From assembly GCA_030141605.1 (NCBI GenBank), contig JAQGDQ010000890.1:19289-83288 (forward strand): a stretch of 64,000 nucleotides of DNA. Reading direction: 5' to 3'. Shown piece by piece: positions 12,408 through 22,490 of the stretch. Origin of the DNA: Tubiluchus corallicola. Its lineage: Eukaryota; Animalia; Priapulida. The translations under genes were made by a program, and so were the position numbers. Position 1 is the stretch's first letter, and each line of letters begins with the position of its first letter. The notes beneath the pieces were generated by a model, which worked only from the letters and a program-made list of their open reading frames with translations, ran no database searches and was not told the DNA's origin.

Positions 12408-12967
12408 CTGAAACAAACTGAATACTTATGATCTCACACCTGAGAACACCGAAAAAATTCCAGAAGTCTTCATTTTTATAGACGATCCCACGTACTTGAG
12501 TTACAACTTTCTAATAATTGTTACTGATAAAAAGTCGAGCAAAAAGTGAGTTGTTCAACATTGCTTGTCATCCTTATAATGCTTGGTAGTTTTTAAGTGA
12601 TAAATCATTGCAAAGTGTACCATGTACTTGCACAGCTAGGGCTCATTGTCAAGGTTGGATATGACCTTTTGGGTGCCTAGGTAATGAAATTATGGGGCTC
12701 CCTTAGACGAAGCTTAAATATTTTTTACTCTTGTTCTTTAGAAAAGCTAGAATACTAATCTTTTGTTTGTCAATAAAAATATTCTTTGAGAATTACCACT
12801 ATATTGCTACTTATTGCTAGCCAAATTAGTAGATATTTCAACACAACCGTAGTGAAAAATATATTTTTACCAATTGTTACCAAAGCTTGAGGGCTCCAAG
12901 GCCCCCTTGAGGGAGTCCGAGCTGCAGCCTATACTAGCCTATACGATTGTCCTTCACTGGATCTTAC

Positions 12968-13211
12968 CTTTCATGAATGCACAGTGCAAACCCTTCTTCA
13001 GTTTCAAGTTTTGGTACAAATTCGTCCCACACTCGTTGCTCGTCATTGTTATGATAAGCCAGAAATGCATCGTACGGCATCTCGAGATCCGAATCGGGAT
13101 ATTTTTTTCGGAACACACTGACGCCAAGCCGGACAAATAGGTAAACCTGAATTTCGTACTTGTAGTGATAAGCTATCACCAAGCAGGTTATGATTAGAAC
13201 CAAAACTGTAC
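12968..13211 (-). CDS. Toll-like receptor coding exon 8 (TM second half, juxtamembrane, TIR box 1)
   Basis: ttctttcag|GT ACA...GAA AG|gtaaga. Encodes (G)TVLVLIITCLVIAYHYKYEIQVYLF...YDAFLAY...VPKLE...LCIHE(R). Phase 1-2. Confidence 0.95.
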
Positions 13212-13872
13212 CTGAAAGAAAGAATTGTCCCAAATGAAGCTTTCAATGATATCCCGGTTACAACTCATTGAGTCACAAAATAAACGACTTAAATAAACAA
13301 ATGGCTGCAAGCGAACAGACAGACAAACAAACAAACAAACAAAAACAAACGTTTAGTCCATCAAGTAGCCGACGATTTAACTAATGAACGAATGAAGAAA
13401 CAAACAAGAAAAAGTACTTGAAGTAAATAGATCAAAGATAGGTAAACAAATGAATAAATTGATATCCAAAATTTAAATCTAGATACAATTCTTGATGATG
13501 TGTATACTATGTGTTTGTGCTACTCTGGTACTAAAAATAGATTACATTTAGCTGGTAAAATAAAAAAGTTAGTACCGTCATAACTGAGGGGTGGAGTAAA
13601 TAGAATTAGCCTGTGGCCTGTGAAGATTTCATATGTTCCCAGACTGGACAGGTTCCTCATCTTTAAAAATGAGAAATTGTCATAAGATTTGCACCACAAT
13701 AGTTGCGTCTGTGTAAAGCCATTGTGATCTGTGACTAGAATGCTTTGCACCGTGTAAAACACATAGGGAGGTAACGAAACTACCAGCATTGCAAAACCAA
13801 CTGGACTAAAGCCAGAACTAACTGAACGGTGGGTTAATGTTGTAAATTCATTATAGGCCTAGTAACACTTAC

Positions 13873-13963
13873 CAAGCACAGTAAAAGTAGCAACAAGTTT
13901 AGGAGGGAAGTATGGCTCACCGCCCGTGCGATTGCAGTATGCCCCATAGTCAAACTCCAGAAC
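13873..13963 (-). CDS. Toll-like receptor coding exon 7 (end of LRR-CT, start of TM)
   Basis: tttataag|GTT...CTT G|gtaagt. Encodes VLEFDYGAYCNRTGGEPYFPPKLVATFTVL. Supplies the last LRR-CT Cys and bridges phase 0 to phase 1. Confidence 0.87.
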
Positions 13964-14162
13964 CTTATAAAAATGGATGAAATCAGTTTTAGACAGACAC
14001 TCTTGCTAAGATTTGGAAGCATTAAAACATGAATCAGTTACCATAATGAGTTACTAAATCAAGTAACAACTTAAGCTCTTCGTTGTCTTGCAAAGAGTTT
14101 AATAAAGCTCTATGAGTATTTGCAAAAATTATAGCAAGCCTTTTACTGGCTACGTAACTTAC

Positions 14163-14279
14163 TGGAATTATGTTGTTTTCAATGGAGCAGGTAATTGCAG
14201 AAACGTCACTGATATTTTCTACATTTGATTTTATCCATGAGTAAAACTCGTAGTAATCACAGTCACATATCCATGGATT
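14163..14279 (-). CDS. Toll-like receptor coding exon 6 (membrane-proximal LRR-CT)
   Basis: tttcttttcag|AAT CCA TGG...CCA|gtaagt. Encodes NPWICDCDYYEFYSWIKSNVENISDVSAITCSIENNIIP (NPWxCDC motif). Phase 0-0. Confidence 0.95.
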
Positions 14280-14534
14280 CTGAAAAGAAATGGAAAAAAA
14301 ATCAACAGAATTTGAAAATTGTAGATTTCCTTTAGCAAAAATCTAAATGTTGAACTTGTAATAGCGTTTAAAAAGAAATAAACAAATCAAAAAATAATAT
14401 AAATAAATAAAGAAGTAAATAAACAAATAAATAAACGAAATAAAAGTAAAAAGCAAAACTGAAGTTCGTTTCCTGGGTATTTAGAACAATGGTTGCTGTA
14501 TTTTTAGTAAATGGATGTAGCCGTATAAGATAAA

Positions 14535-14715
14535 AGAAAAGCCATCCTTCTGAAAAGTTGAGCTTATTTCAATATTCGAGAGAAATGTTAATAAGATTTA
14601 GTGATAAAAGTGCGACCAGTGCATGGTGTAATTAGTAAAATCAATTTTAAAGTCGCGATTATTTCACGCTTGGGTGCTTCAATTTTGAACGCCCATTATT
14701 CCACCAATGCCGTCA
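14535..14715 (-). mobile_element. Dispersed DNA-transposon-like repeat, inverted homologue of 42285-42465
   Basis: The reverse complement aligns by eye with 42286 onward (GACGTCACTGGTGGAAGAATAGGCATTCAAAAT...CGTGAAATGATCACGACTTTA). Confidence 0.6.
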
Positions 14716-15079
14716 TTCATCACTTGAACAAAAGCATCGCCCTGTCAAAGGTATAAAAAGGTTTTTGCGAAAATTAGACAACTAATTTTGTAATATTTCT
14801 GCGTGAATACTACAGGTAAGCTGCAGTCGCTTGAATTATTCCAAACGACTCACGCTTACGAAAGACTACATTGCCGTTGCGAAAAGTCACGAAGCCACAT
14901 CATAACTTTCGAGTAATTGGTAGCAACAGCCGCGCCTGAAAATTCCTGTATAGTGGTAGTAGTATAATACATAAATGATCTTTATGTATCATAGCCAGTT
15001 TTATGCCGTTTACTTTGTTGTATTTCTAAGTAATAGCCATTAAAAACCAACTTTAAACAGGAGAAATGACAGTCGTTAA

Positions 15080-15442
15080 AGGAAGACCGGACGATTTAGA
15101 CTCAATCTCATTTCAATTTACTGTCCAAAATATACATTTTCTTGCCTGTAAAAGTTAACAATTGTTTCTTATATTTGTATAATTAGCTTAGAAAATTAAT
15201 TAACAGCAACCGAACACAGCTATTGCTTACGCCAGAAACTAACAGCAGTTTGTGCAATGGCAGGCGTCTTCCCTTGCGCATCAAGCACATTTGCATAGGT
15301 GTTACAATACTGTTTGAATGCATGATGTCACGAAAAACGGGCTTTAATCTAAGCTTTGATTAAAAAAAAACTATTGTAGTTTTCAATATTTTAGAGTATT
15401 CTTTATTCTGAACTCGAGTTTACACAATCATCCGGTTTTCCT
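15080..15442. mobile_element. Kolobok/T2-like MITE with TTAA TSD
   Basis: TTAA|AGGAAGACCGGACGATT ... AATCATCCGGTTTTCCT|TTAA. 17-bp TIRs with 2 mismatches. Confidence 0.8.
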
Positions 15443-15739
15443 TTAAGGAAAATTCGAAGCGTCGCCTACTCGCAGGCTATAGTTCAGGTGCTAGTGCAAA
15501 TGCATAGCGGTGGTCCTGACAAAAAAATCACCGGGTGCCTTTTATTGTACGGTAATGTACATGCCTAATTCTAACAGTGCTACTCACTACTGGACATTCT
15601 ACAATATTTGTGTTGCGAATAATTTGTGATTCTGTGATGTGAAATCAAATTCAATGTCGTATATATACGTTAGTTAATGGCAAACTTTATTTGTGCAAAG
15701 ATATGAGTTTTTTAACTACTAACCGACATTATTTACTTA

Positions 15740-16128
15740 CTAGCAAAGGCCCCGCAAAAAAATTTGCGTATAAGCACACTTATAATCAATAATGCACGAA
15801 CATCCTACCTAGCGTTCGTTTATTTTCGTAACGCAAAGCCAGCAGCAGTAGCGTTTACTGAATAAAAGTTATAGGCAGAGTAAATTGGATAACGTCAGAA
15901 CAACGGCTTTGCGTCAGCAGTTTTCGTAGCGAAAATTGCCGAAAATAGAACATCTAATTAACTCCTCGCGACTCCTCTTGGTGGATGTGTCCTAAAATAT
16001 AGCCCACACCATAGTTTAGCACCGTTCTTCCTCTTTCTAAAGAGCCATATATCTCCTTTGGAGAGACCCACCAACGTTTTTTCTACAGGCCGTTTGACCA
16101 AAATTTCGAAAAAATCTATATATATATC
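15740..16128 (-). mobile_element. Non-autonomous Helitron-like element
   Basis: The minus-strand 3' end has a CGCAAA-TTTT-TTTGCG hairpin ~10 nt before CTAG|T. The (TA)n-rich opposite end is degenerate. Confidence 0.55.
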
Positions 16129-16149
16129 TTATGATTTTATGTCTCTTAC

Positions 16150-16261
16150 CTGGCTAAGAGTAAATTCATCAGCACTAATCGAAAACAACCCATGCTGTGG
16201 AAGGGAAAACATGTTATTGTGAAGGTGAAGAATATTTAGATGAGGTAAACCAGCGAAAGTT
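16150..16261 (-). CDS. Toll-like receptor coding exon 5 (LRR)
   Basis: gtttttcag|A ACT TTC...AGC CAG|gtaaga. Encodes (L)TFAGLPHLNILHLHNNMFSLPQHGLFSISADEFTLSQ. Phase 2-0. Confidence 0.93.
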
Positions 16262-17125
16262 CTGAAAAACAACAACAGATCACTAATGGGTATCACGCTG
16301 GGGACACGGTGAATTAATCTTGCGTTAGTACATCATGGCCACAAGCTGATAGGAACGTTATTTATAATTTCGTGCTGGTTGGCTCAACTTGGGTAAACAA
16401 AATGGCCCAGTTTGAACTGCAAATGATCATTTGATTGTTCTACTAAATGCAAAGCATACGAATATTTTTGTACGATCTCAAATAAGGTAGTGTACGCTAC
16501 CTTATAATTTGCAGCTAAACCTTTGTTTGGACTCTATGTTGCCTGAAAACGAGAATCCTTTCTCAATCGAAATTAAATCACGGGAAAGTAGGCTTTGAAA
16601 ATAGTTAAGTTTGCACAAATAATCATAATCACTTAATATTGTACCATAACCTATCTATTTTGATATCATATCCATTGCCATATCCTATCAGAATGGCAAA
16701 TTCTGACATTTTTCACTGATGAAGGTATGTTTCTTCTGGTAATTTTTGCTGCTAATTTTTGCAGTGGGAATTTTCAGTCCTTCTGGCCACTCTACAACTT
16801 TTAAAGCTCCATTGGTGATCATATGGCTAATGAATTAATGTCATCTTGGTAATGGATCCGTTTTCAATAAAGTCAGAAAGACGTAGCATAAGTTTATAAT
16901 CAAACAACGAAATCTTTAGCCGCATAAGGACATCTACTAGATTAGTTTCTATGTCTACCTCTATTTCTATGAAATTATATTGTAAAGCGTTTGCCAGCCA
17001 AGATGTTGACAACTTTGCACACGATCAAACTTGGCTCATTAAGTTTTAGTCGTAGCATTAAATTCGCTTATAAACTCATGATCTATGAGGCTCCTGCTCC
17101 ACAGTAAATGTGAATAAATACTTAC

Positions 17126-17283
17126 AAATTACCCATGGAGCTCAAATTGTTCGATTGCAAGTGCAGCGACTGAAGAGCAAACAATCCTTTAAATTCGTAG
17201 TCATAGAGAACCGAAAGTTCGTTGTGATCCAGCCGGAGGATCTGCAAGTTCTGCAGGTCACGAAAAGAGTTTGGATGGATTGT
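17126..17283 (-). CDS. Toll-like receptor coding exon 4 (LRRs)
   Basis: ttttag|ACA ATC...AAT TT|gtaagt. Encodes TIHPNSFRDLQNLQILRLDHNELSVLYDYEFKGLFALQSLHLQSNNLSSMGN(L). Phase 0-2. Confidence 0.94.
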
Positions 17284-17596
17284 CTAAAATAAAACATGGA
17301 CAGACATTTTATTTGTGTTATTATCAGCATTAAAGAATAAATGCAAGGTGCCTCTCCTAGTATAGATGAGAAAACATTCATCAACATAAATTCACTTGCA
17401 TAGAAACTGTATAGGGTCGTTTAAGAGACATTTTGCATGAAAACGCAAGGACCATTGATGGTACTTGTCATTTTAAAATGCAACGTTGAAAAGGTTTCAG
17501 GGAGCAAATGTACATTTCATTATGGCATCGATTAACGAAAAAAGATGCAGATATGCCCAGAAAAAACATAGGTGACAATTGAAAAAGCTGCATTAC

Positions 17597-19454
17597 CTGT
17601 AGCTGACACCCATCGATTCTCAGGTGTTCCATAATGGTGTAATTTGCGAAGTCGGAAGATTTTATGACAGATATTTCAGTTCCGTTTAGTTCAAGTTCTG
17701 TAACTCTAACTGAAATATGTTTCGGCACCTCAGACACATTGTAACATCTTACTAAATTTCGCCATGACCACGCGTAATCTCGCCAACATTTGCACCCCAT
17801 AGGACAAACATATCGGCAAGGACAGTCTAAATTTTCACAGCAATCTGGGTCAGGGCAAATAATATTTACCCATAAGCAATAGTCGTAGTAAGGACACAAA
17901 AAGTCTTCATCCGGTAGATTTATCAGATATCCGTAATCTCCATTGTAAGTTCGACACCAAATTGAATCAAGGTCTGTTACGATAGGGAGAGTTCTTGGAT
18001 ATGTCGAATCATCATTTATATTCTTCAGGTATTTGGCTTCGCAGTCACAGTCCAGCGAGTTACCAGCCAGGTTGAATACAGGTGGTTCATCGTCATCCTT
18101 GACAGGGTCTATTTGAATTGCATTTCTTTTCAGTTGAACAATGGCGTTCAATCTCAGATTAACGTATGTTAGGTTAGAGTAAGAGAGAAAAGAATTAGCT
18201 CCAACATGGTCAATTGTATTTTTGAATAAGTCGATACGCTCGATGCTGTCGGGAAATAAACTATAGCGTAAAGACCGGACGGAGTTATAGGCAAGATTTA
18301 TCACTTTTAGTGAAGCAGTGAAGGTAAATAATAAATCAATATTAGTGATGTTATTTAAACTAAGATCAAGCACCTTAAGATTGTTGAATCCGTCAAATGC
18401 GTTGTCATCGATAACATTCACTTTTGACGCAGAAAAGAAGAACATTTCTAAATTTCTGCACCAACTCAGGTCTTCAGCACGTACATATGGAATGGCATTA
18501 CGACTAACATCGATTTCAAGCAAATGCAACGTACTTTGTGCTCGCGGAAAAGACGTTAGAGCGTTTCTGGATATGTTTAAATGTAAAAGTGCTTTGAGTG
18601 GTTCAAAAGCATTGACTGACACGTTACTGATATCATTGGTTTGAAGGGTCAAAACGAGCAAGCTTGTTAGCCCATCAAATACGTCCGATGTAAGTTCTTT
18701 TAGTGTATTATTGTGCAAATATAACTGAATAAGATCGTTACAGTCTTTAAATGCATTGTCAGCTATCATGCTGATTTCGTTGCTGTTGAGAAAAAGGTAT
18801 TTCAGTTTGACAGCTAAAGTGAAATCATTTGACCGCAACTTATTTATGCTGTTAAAGCTCAAATCTATCATTTCCATTTGACTGTAATCAATAAAAGAAA
18901 ATACGTCGCCTGCTATAAAATTGTGACTCATATTTAACCATCCGAGTGTAGCGAGTTTTTGTAAACTATTAGGCACTCTGTCTAGGTTATTTTCCTCCAA
19001 GAAAAGAAATTTTAAGTTGGTTAGATTCGAAAATACGTTGTCGCTCATATTGTGAATGTTATTCCGCGCAAGATATAACTCTGAGAGGTAAAGTGTATCA
19101 GAGAAAGTCACACCGTCTACAAATCTGATGTTATTGTCGCTAAATGAAACCGCTAGTAGACTAGAACAAAGCTTCAATGACAGTTCACCTTGCAACTGGT
19201 TTTGACTCAAATCTAACACTATTAATCGTTGCAGGCACAAAGTCTCGTTGTAGATTAGTCCAGAGTTGCTTAGAGAAGATATGTTGTTGTCTTTAAGATA
19301 CAGCTGCTGAATGTCTGGCATTTGGCACAGCTCACCTGATGGAATGGAAGATATGTGGCTGCTACTCAAGTTCAAAAACAGCACGTTTGGAATACCGGAG
19401 AACGCAGATGGTACTACGATCATGTTCACGCTTGACGAGCGTATCGTTAGAAAC
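17597..19454 (-). CDS. Toll-like receptor coding exon 3 (main LRR block, internal LRR-CT/LRR-NT cysteine clusters)
   Basis: ctgtaacag|G TTT CTA...CTA CAG|gtaatg. Many LxxLxLxxNxI repeats, GNSLDCDC, then FLCPY...C..CC...C.C...CPxxCxC. This is the mcc-TLR double cysteine cluster. Phase 2-0. Confidence 0.96.
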
Positions 19455-19584
19455 CTGTTACAGAAAAAAGACATTATGGACCAAAGTCAAGCTGTGCCGT
19501 CACGGTCTCTGCAAAGTTAAGCAATACAGCGCTCGCATATTAAATGGATTGGATGAAATATTTTCTTTCTGATTAGACTCTAAT

Positions 19585-19850
19585 CAGGGGTGTAGCCATG
19601 TTCTAAAGTTAGGGGGAGCAAGCACACAAAAAAGTGCCACATTCCAAACACTTTTAACGCATTTGATTATTATACATTTTAATTTTGTCTCAAAATCAAA
19701 ATACGAGGAATTTTAAAGGAAGTACATAATTTTTATTTTGTATTTAAAATTAAAATGCAATAAAAAGCTTTACAGTAAAATTGCTGAAAAGGCGCCAATT
19801 TTGAAAAATGTGCTAGGGGAGTTGTTGCTCCCCTAATAGCTACGCCACTG
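19585..19850. mobile_element. hAT-like MITE in TLR intron 2
   Basis: TIRs CAGGGGTGTAGC / GCTACGCCACTG. 8-bp TSD ACTCTAAT / ATTCTAAT (7/8 match). Confidence 0.8.
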
Positions 19851-19930
19851 ATTCTAATATCTGAAAAAACTGCAAACTGCGTTAAGTATGAACTACACAC
19901 AATATGCATCATTAAAGCAGTTGTTTGTAC

Positions 19931-20222
19931 CTAAGGGTATTTAATCCAGAAAACACAGAGGCAGGGATATATTGCAGCTTACATCCATCAATAGCCAGCT
20001 CGTCTAAAACTGTAAAGTGATCAAACATGTCACTTGTGATTTCACTTATCCAATCGAAATCGTGCTCTATGCACAAGATATGCAGCAACTTCACTTGATC
20101 TCCTGGCAAGAGCGACAAATCCGTCTCATTTGGCCCAATTGCGACGAATGAACAGACAAGCATTACGTAGTAGTTACTCCCTTGAACGTACCAACAGCTG
20201 CATTCGTTAGGACACTCGAAAT
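19931..20222 (-). CDS. Toll-like receptor coding exon 2 (LRR-NT and first LRR)
   Basis: cttactag|AT TTC GAG TGT CCT...CTT AG|gtacaa. Encodes (D)FECPNECSCW...LDELAIDGCKLQYIPASVFSGLNTL(R). Phase 1-2. Confidence 0.93.
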
Positions 20223-20330
20223 CTAGTAAGGTTTAAAAGAGCTTGTTAAGTTGAAACTAGAAATGCGGCAAGTGTTAGCTTTTACAGTTTTATATCCATG
20301 TTTTAACATTGACATTATTGCTGTAAAATT

Positions 20331-20407
20331 TTTGGTCGAAGGGTCAACCCAGATCGCTACACATCTGGATGTTGAAATTGTCGTCGTCGTGTTGTCGTTG
20401 CTGTTGT

Positions 20408-20439
<32 letters not shown>

Positions 20440-20490
20440 CTGTTGCTGCTGTTGTTGTTGTTGTTGCCGTTGCTGCTGTTGTTTTTCTTT

Positions 20491-20536
<46 letters not shown>

Positions 20537-21200
20537 GCCGAAGGTCCGAGAATTTGCAATAGATCGTCATGAAACTTCACACAAATGTACCTGAAGACTG
20601 ATGATTACAGCGACAACATTGTTTTCGTAAAAAGCGCAAGACTCCACCGTCTCGCAACAGATTATCATGAAACTTTGCAAAAATATACAGGAATAAATTC
20701 TGCATCGACTAACAGAGTCACATTTTGACCTGCTACTTTGAATTCAAGATGGCACTGGTAATAATATCATTTTGATGATTATCAGCATAATAACGCTAAC
20801 TCGCTAAACATGGTAATGAAACTTTGCAGGAACTTACTGGAACGAATTTCACATAGATTGCGATTCGCTATTCAGATGCAAGATGGCGAAAATAACATTA
20901 TTTTTGAAATAAGCCTAAGGCTACACCCAGATTGTCATAAAACTTAGACTGGAATATCCGCATCGACTTGAAACAGATTTTGATCAGCCATTTTGAGTTC
21001 AAGATGGCAGTAAAAACATTGATTCCGAATAACGTGTGAGGCAACTGTACTGTAATAGTAGCGCAAATTTCGCATTTTTAACGGAGTCAGTTTTTTTAGC
21101 CGCTATCTTGAATTCAGTGAGCCCTCGACCCGTATTCCGAGTCGAACTTGTTGGTCGAGGCTCCACAAAATCGCTACTCATCTGGATGTTGTTGTTCTTA
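20331..21200. mobile_element. Composite non-autonomous element (DINE/HINE-like) filling most of TLR intron 1
   Basis: Related ~45-bp ends (TTGGTCGA...ATCGCTACxCATCTGGATGTTG), a (GTT/GCT)n microsatellite, internal subrepeats with TCATGAAACTT and TTCAAGATGGC, and an internal inverted repeat (~20995-21028 vs ~21082-21115). Confidence 0.55.
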
Positions 21201-21259
21201 CTTCAAAAAAAAAACTAAGCTGTGATAATAAATCAAAAAAATGTAGTATTTAGGCCTAC

Positions 21260-21338
21260 CTGTGTCGTATGTGAAAACGTAAAGTGTCAGAAAAAGGAAT
21301 GCTAGAAAGCAGCATGCTCTTACAGGAAGTGTCGTCAT
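21260..21338 (-). CDS. Toll-like receptor coding exon 1 (signal peptide)
   Basis: Encodes MTTLPVRACCFLAFLFLTLYVFTYDT, then G|gtaggc. Hydrophobic core; phase 1 joins exon 2. An upstream acceptor (tgttccag| at 21345) implies a 5' UTR intron. Confidence 0.82.
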
Positions 21339-22382
21339 GACAACCTGGAACACAAGCTGCGGCGGACATGCAACCCTAAGACAGAATGACTTGTCTATTA
21401 TATTATGGTCTGTGAGTTGTGAAGAAATGTGATGCACTCGTAAACCTGAGAATGTTTGAAATCTTAGCTAAAAGTAAAAAAACGCGAATCACTAAGGAAA
21501 ACTTTCCATGTAAATATTTAATTACGTTTGTCATTGTCAGATCAACATAAAATAACATCAAAAACAGAAATTACAAACCTTTAACAATCAGTAAATGAAA
21601 AAATTTCCAAAATAATGAAATTCGAAGTTGTACTAAGTTCCGTAATGATGTATCAACCAAAATTTGGTTTTTAATTAACTATCCTTTTTATAACAGTCCA
21701 CAGTAGCATCAAAAACACAAAGTCAGTTATAACAACCATTGAACAGACTACCGTAGATATTTTGTTAGACAGCATTTACTTGCGTATAATGCTGTAGAAT
21801 TATATAACTTTTGTAAGTTCAAATTTAAACTTATCTTCAAACAAACTAGAAATTTTGCCAATCTTGAGGGCAGAACAGTTTTGTAACATAACGTTAACTG
21901 AACAAAAATGGAAACAGAAAAAATGCAACCAAAGAAGGTTTGCAGCGATTTATATGGGAATTTTTTTACAGTAACTCTCTTGTAGAATCGGTAAACGGTA
22001 AACTATTTCTACAATATCTTTTTAATTTTTTTTATCAGTTTAGTGAATTTACAGCAAAGATAAGGTGCTTAGCAATGTAATTTCACAAAGCAAATTAAAC
22101 CTCTAAGTTTCAGACTGCTTCTTTGAAGTAAACCTCTAGGCCTCTACGTGTTCTTAAACAGAACACCGCTGTATTGCATTAATTTTCATCGTACAGAGAA
22201 CTCTTTTGCGAAACGAAAATTAGTGGTTCATGACGTTGTTATAATGCAACAGTGTTTGCTCAATACATCGTTTGACAGTTGATAAAGTGCATTATAAAAT
22301 ATTAAAATTTCACTCAAATAAAGTAAATAATACTAAAATTATTTTTCGTTTTTTATCTTCCTAAAATGGTTTAGTTCTTTAC

Positions 22383-22490
22383 CTTGTAGTTTCTTGTCTG
22401 ACTGTATTGCACACTCACAGCTAAGACGCAAGAAGTGTTGTCATTGAATGCACATGTTATCTCTCTCTATATATATTGATATGACGTCAT
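22383..22490 (-). promoter_or_regulatory. Candidate TLR core promoter and non-coding first exon
   Basis: On the minus strand: TGACGTCA (CRE, 22482-22489), TATATATAG (~22467-22475), a putative start ~25-30 nt downstream, then a donor AAG|gtaaag at 22383/22382. Confidence 0.45.

Larger units (their letters stand above)
6297..21338 (-). other. Full coding span of a multiple-cysteine-cluster Toll-like receptor gene (11 coding exons, 1128 aa)
   Basis: Exons 21260-21338, 19931-20222, 17597-19454, 17126-17283, 16150-16261, 14163-14279, 13873-13963, 12968-13211, 12257-12407, 11321-11415, 6297-6486. They sum to 3387 nt, all introns are GT-AG and all phases are compatible. Architecture: SP-LRRNT-LRRs-LRRCT-LRRNT-LRRs-LRRCT-TM-TIR. 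Confidence 0.92.

Noticed and set aside
18318-18644. 108-aa plus-strand ORF
   Set aside because: Antisense shadow of the LRR exon.
17468-19474. 668-aa ORF as a stand-alone LRR gene
   Set aside because: Both ends are intronic read-through. Splice sites at 19454 and 17597 link it in phase to the flanking TLR exons.
21496-21508. NF-kB-like site GGAAAACTTTCC (also GGGAAATTTT near 22790)
   Set aside because: Imperfect match to GGGRNWYYCC and expected by chance.
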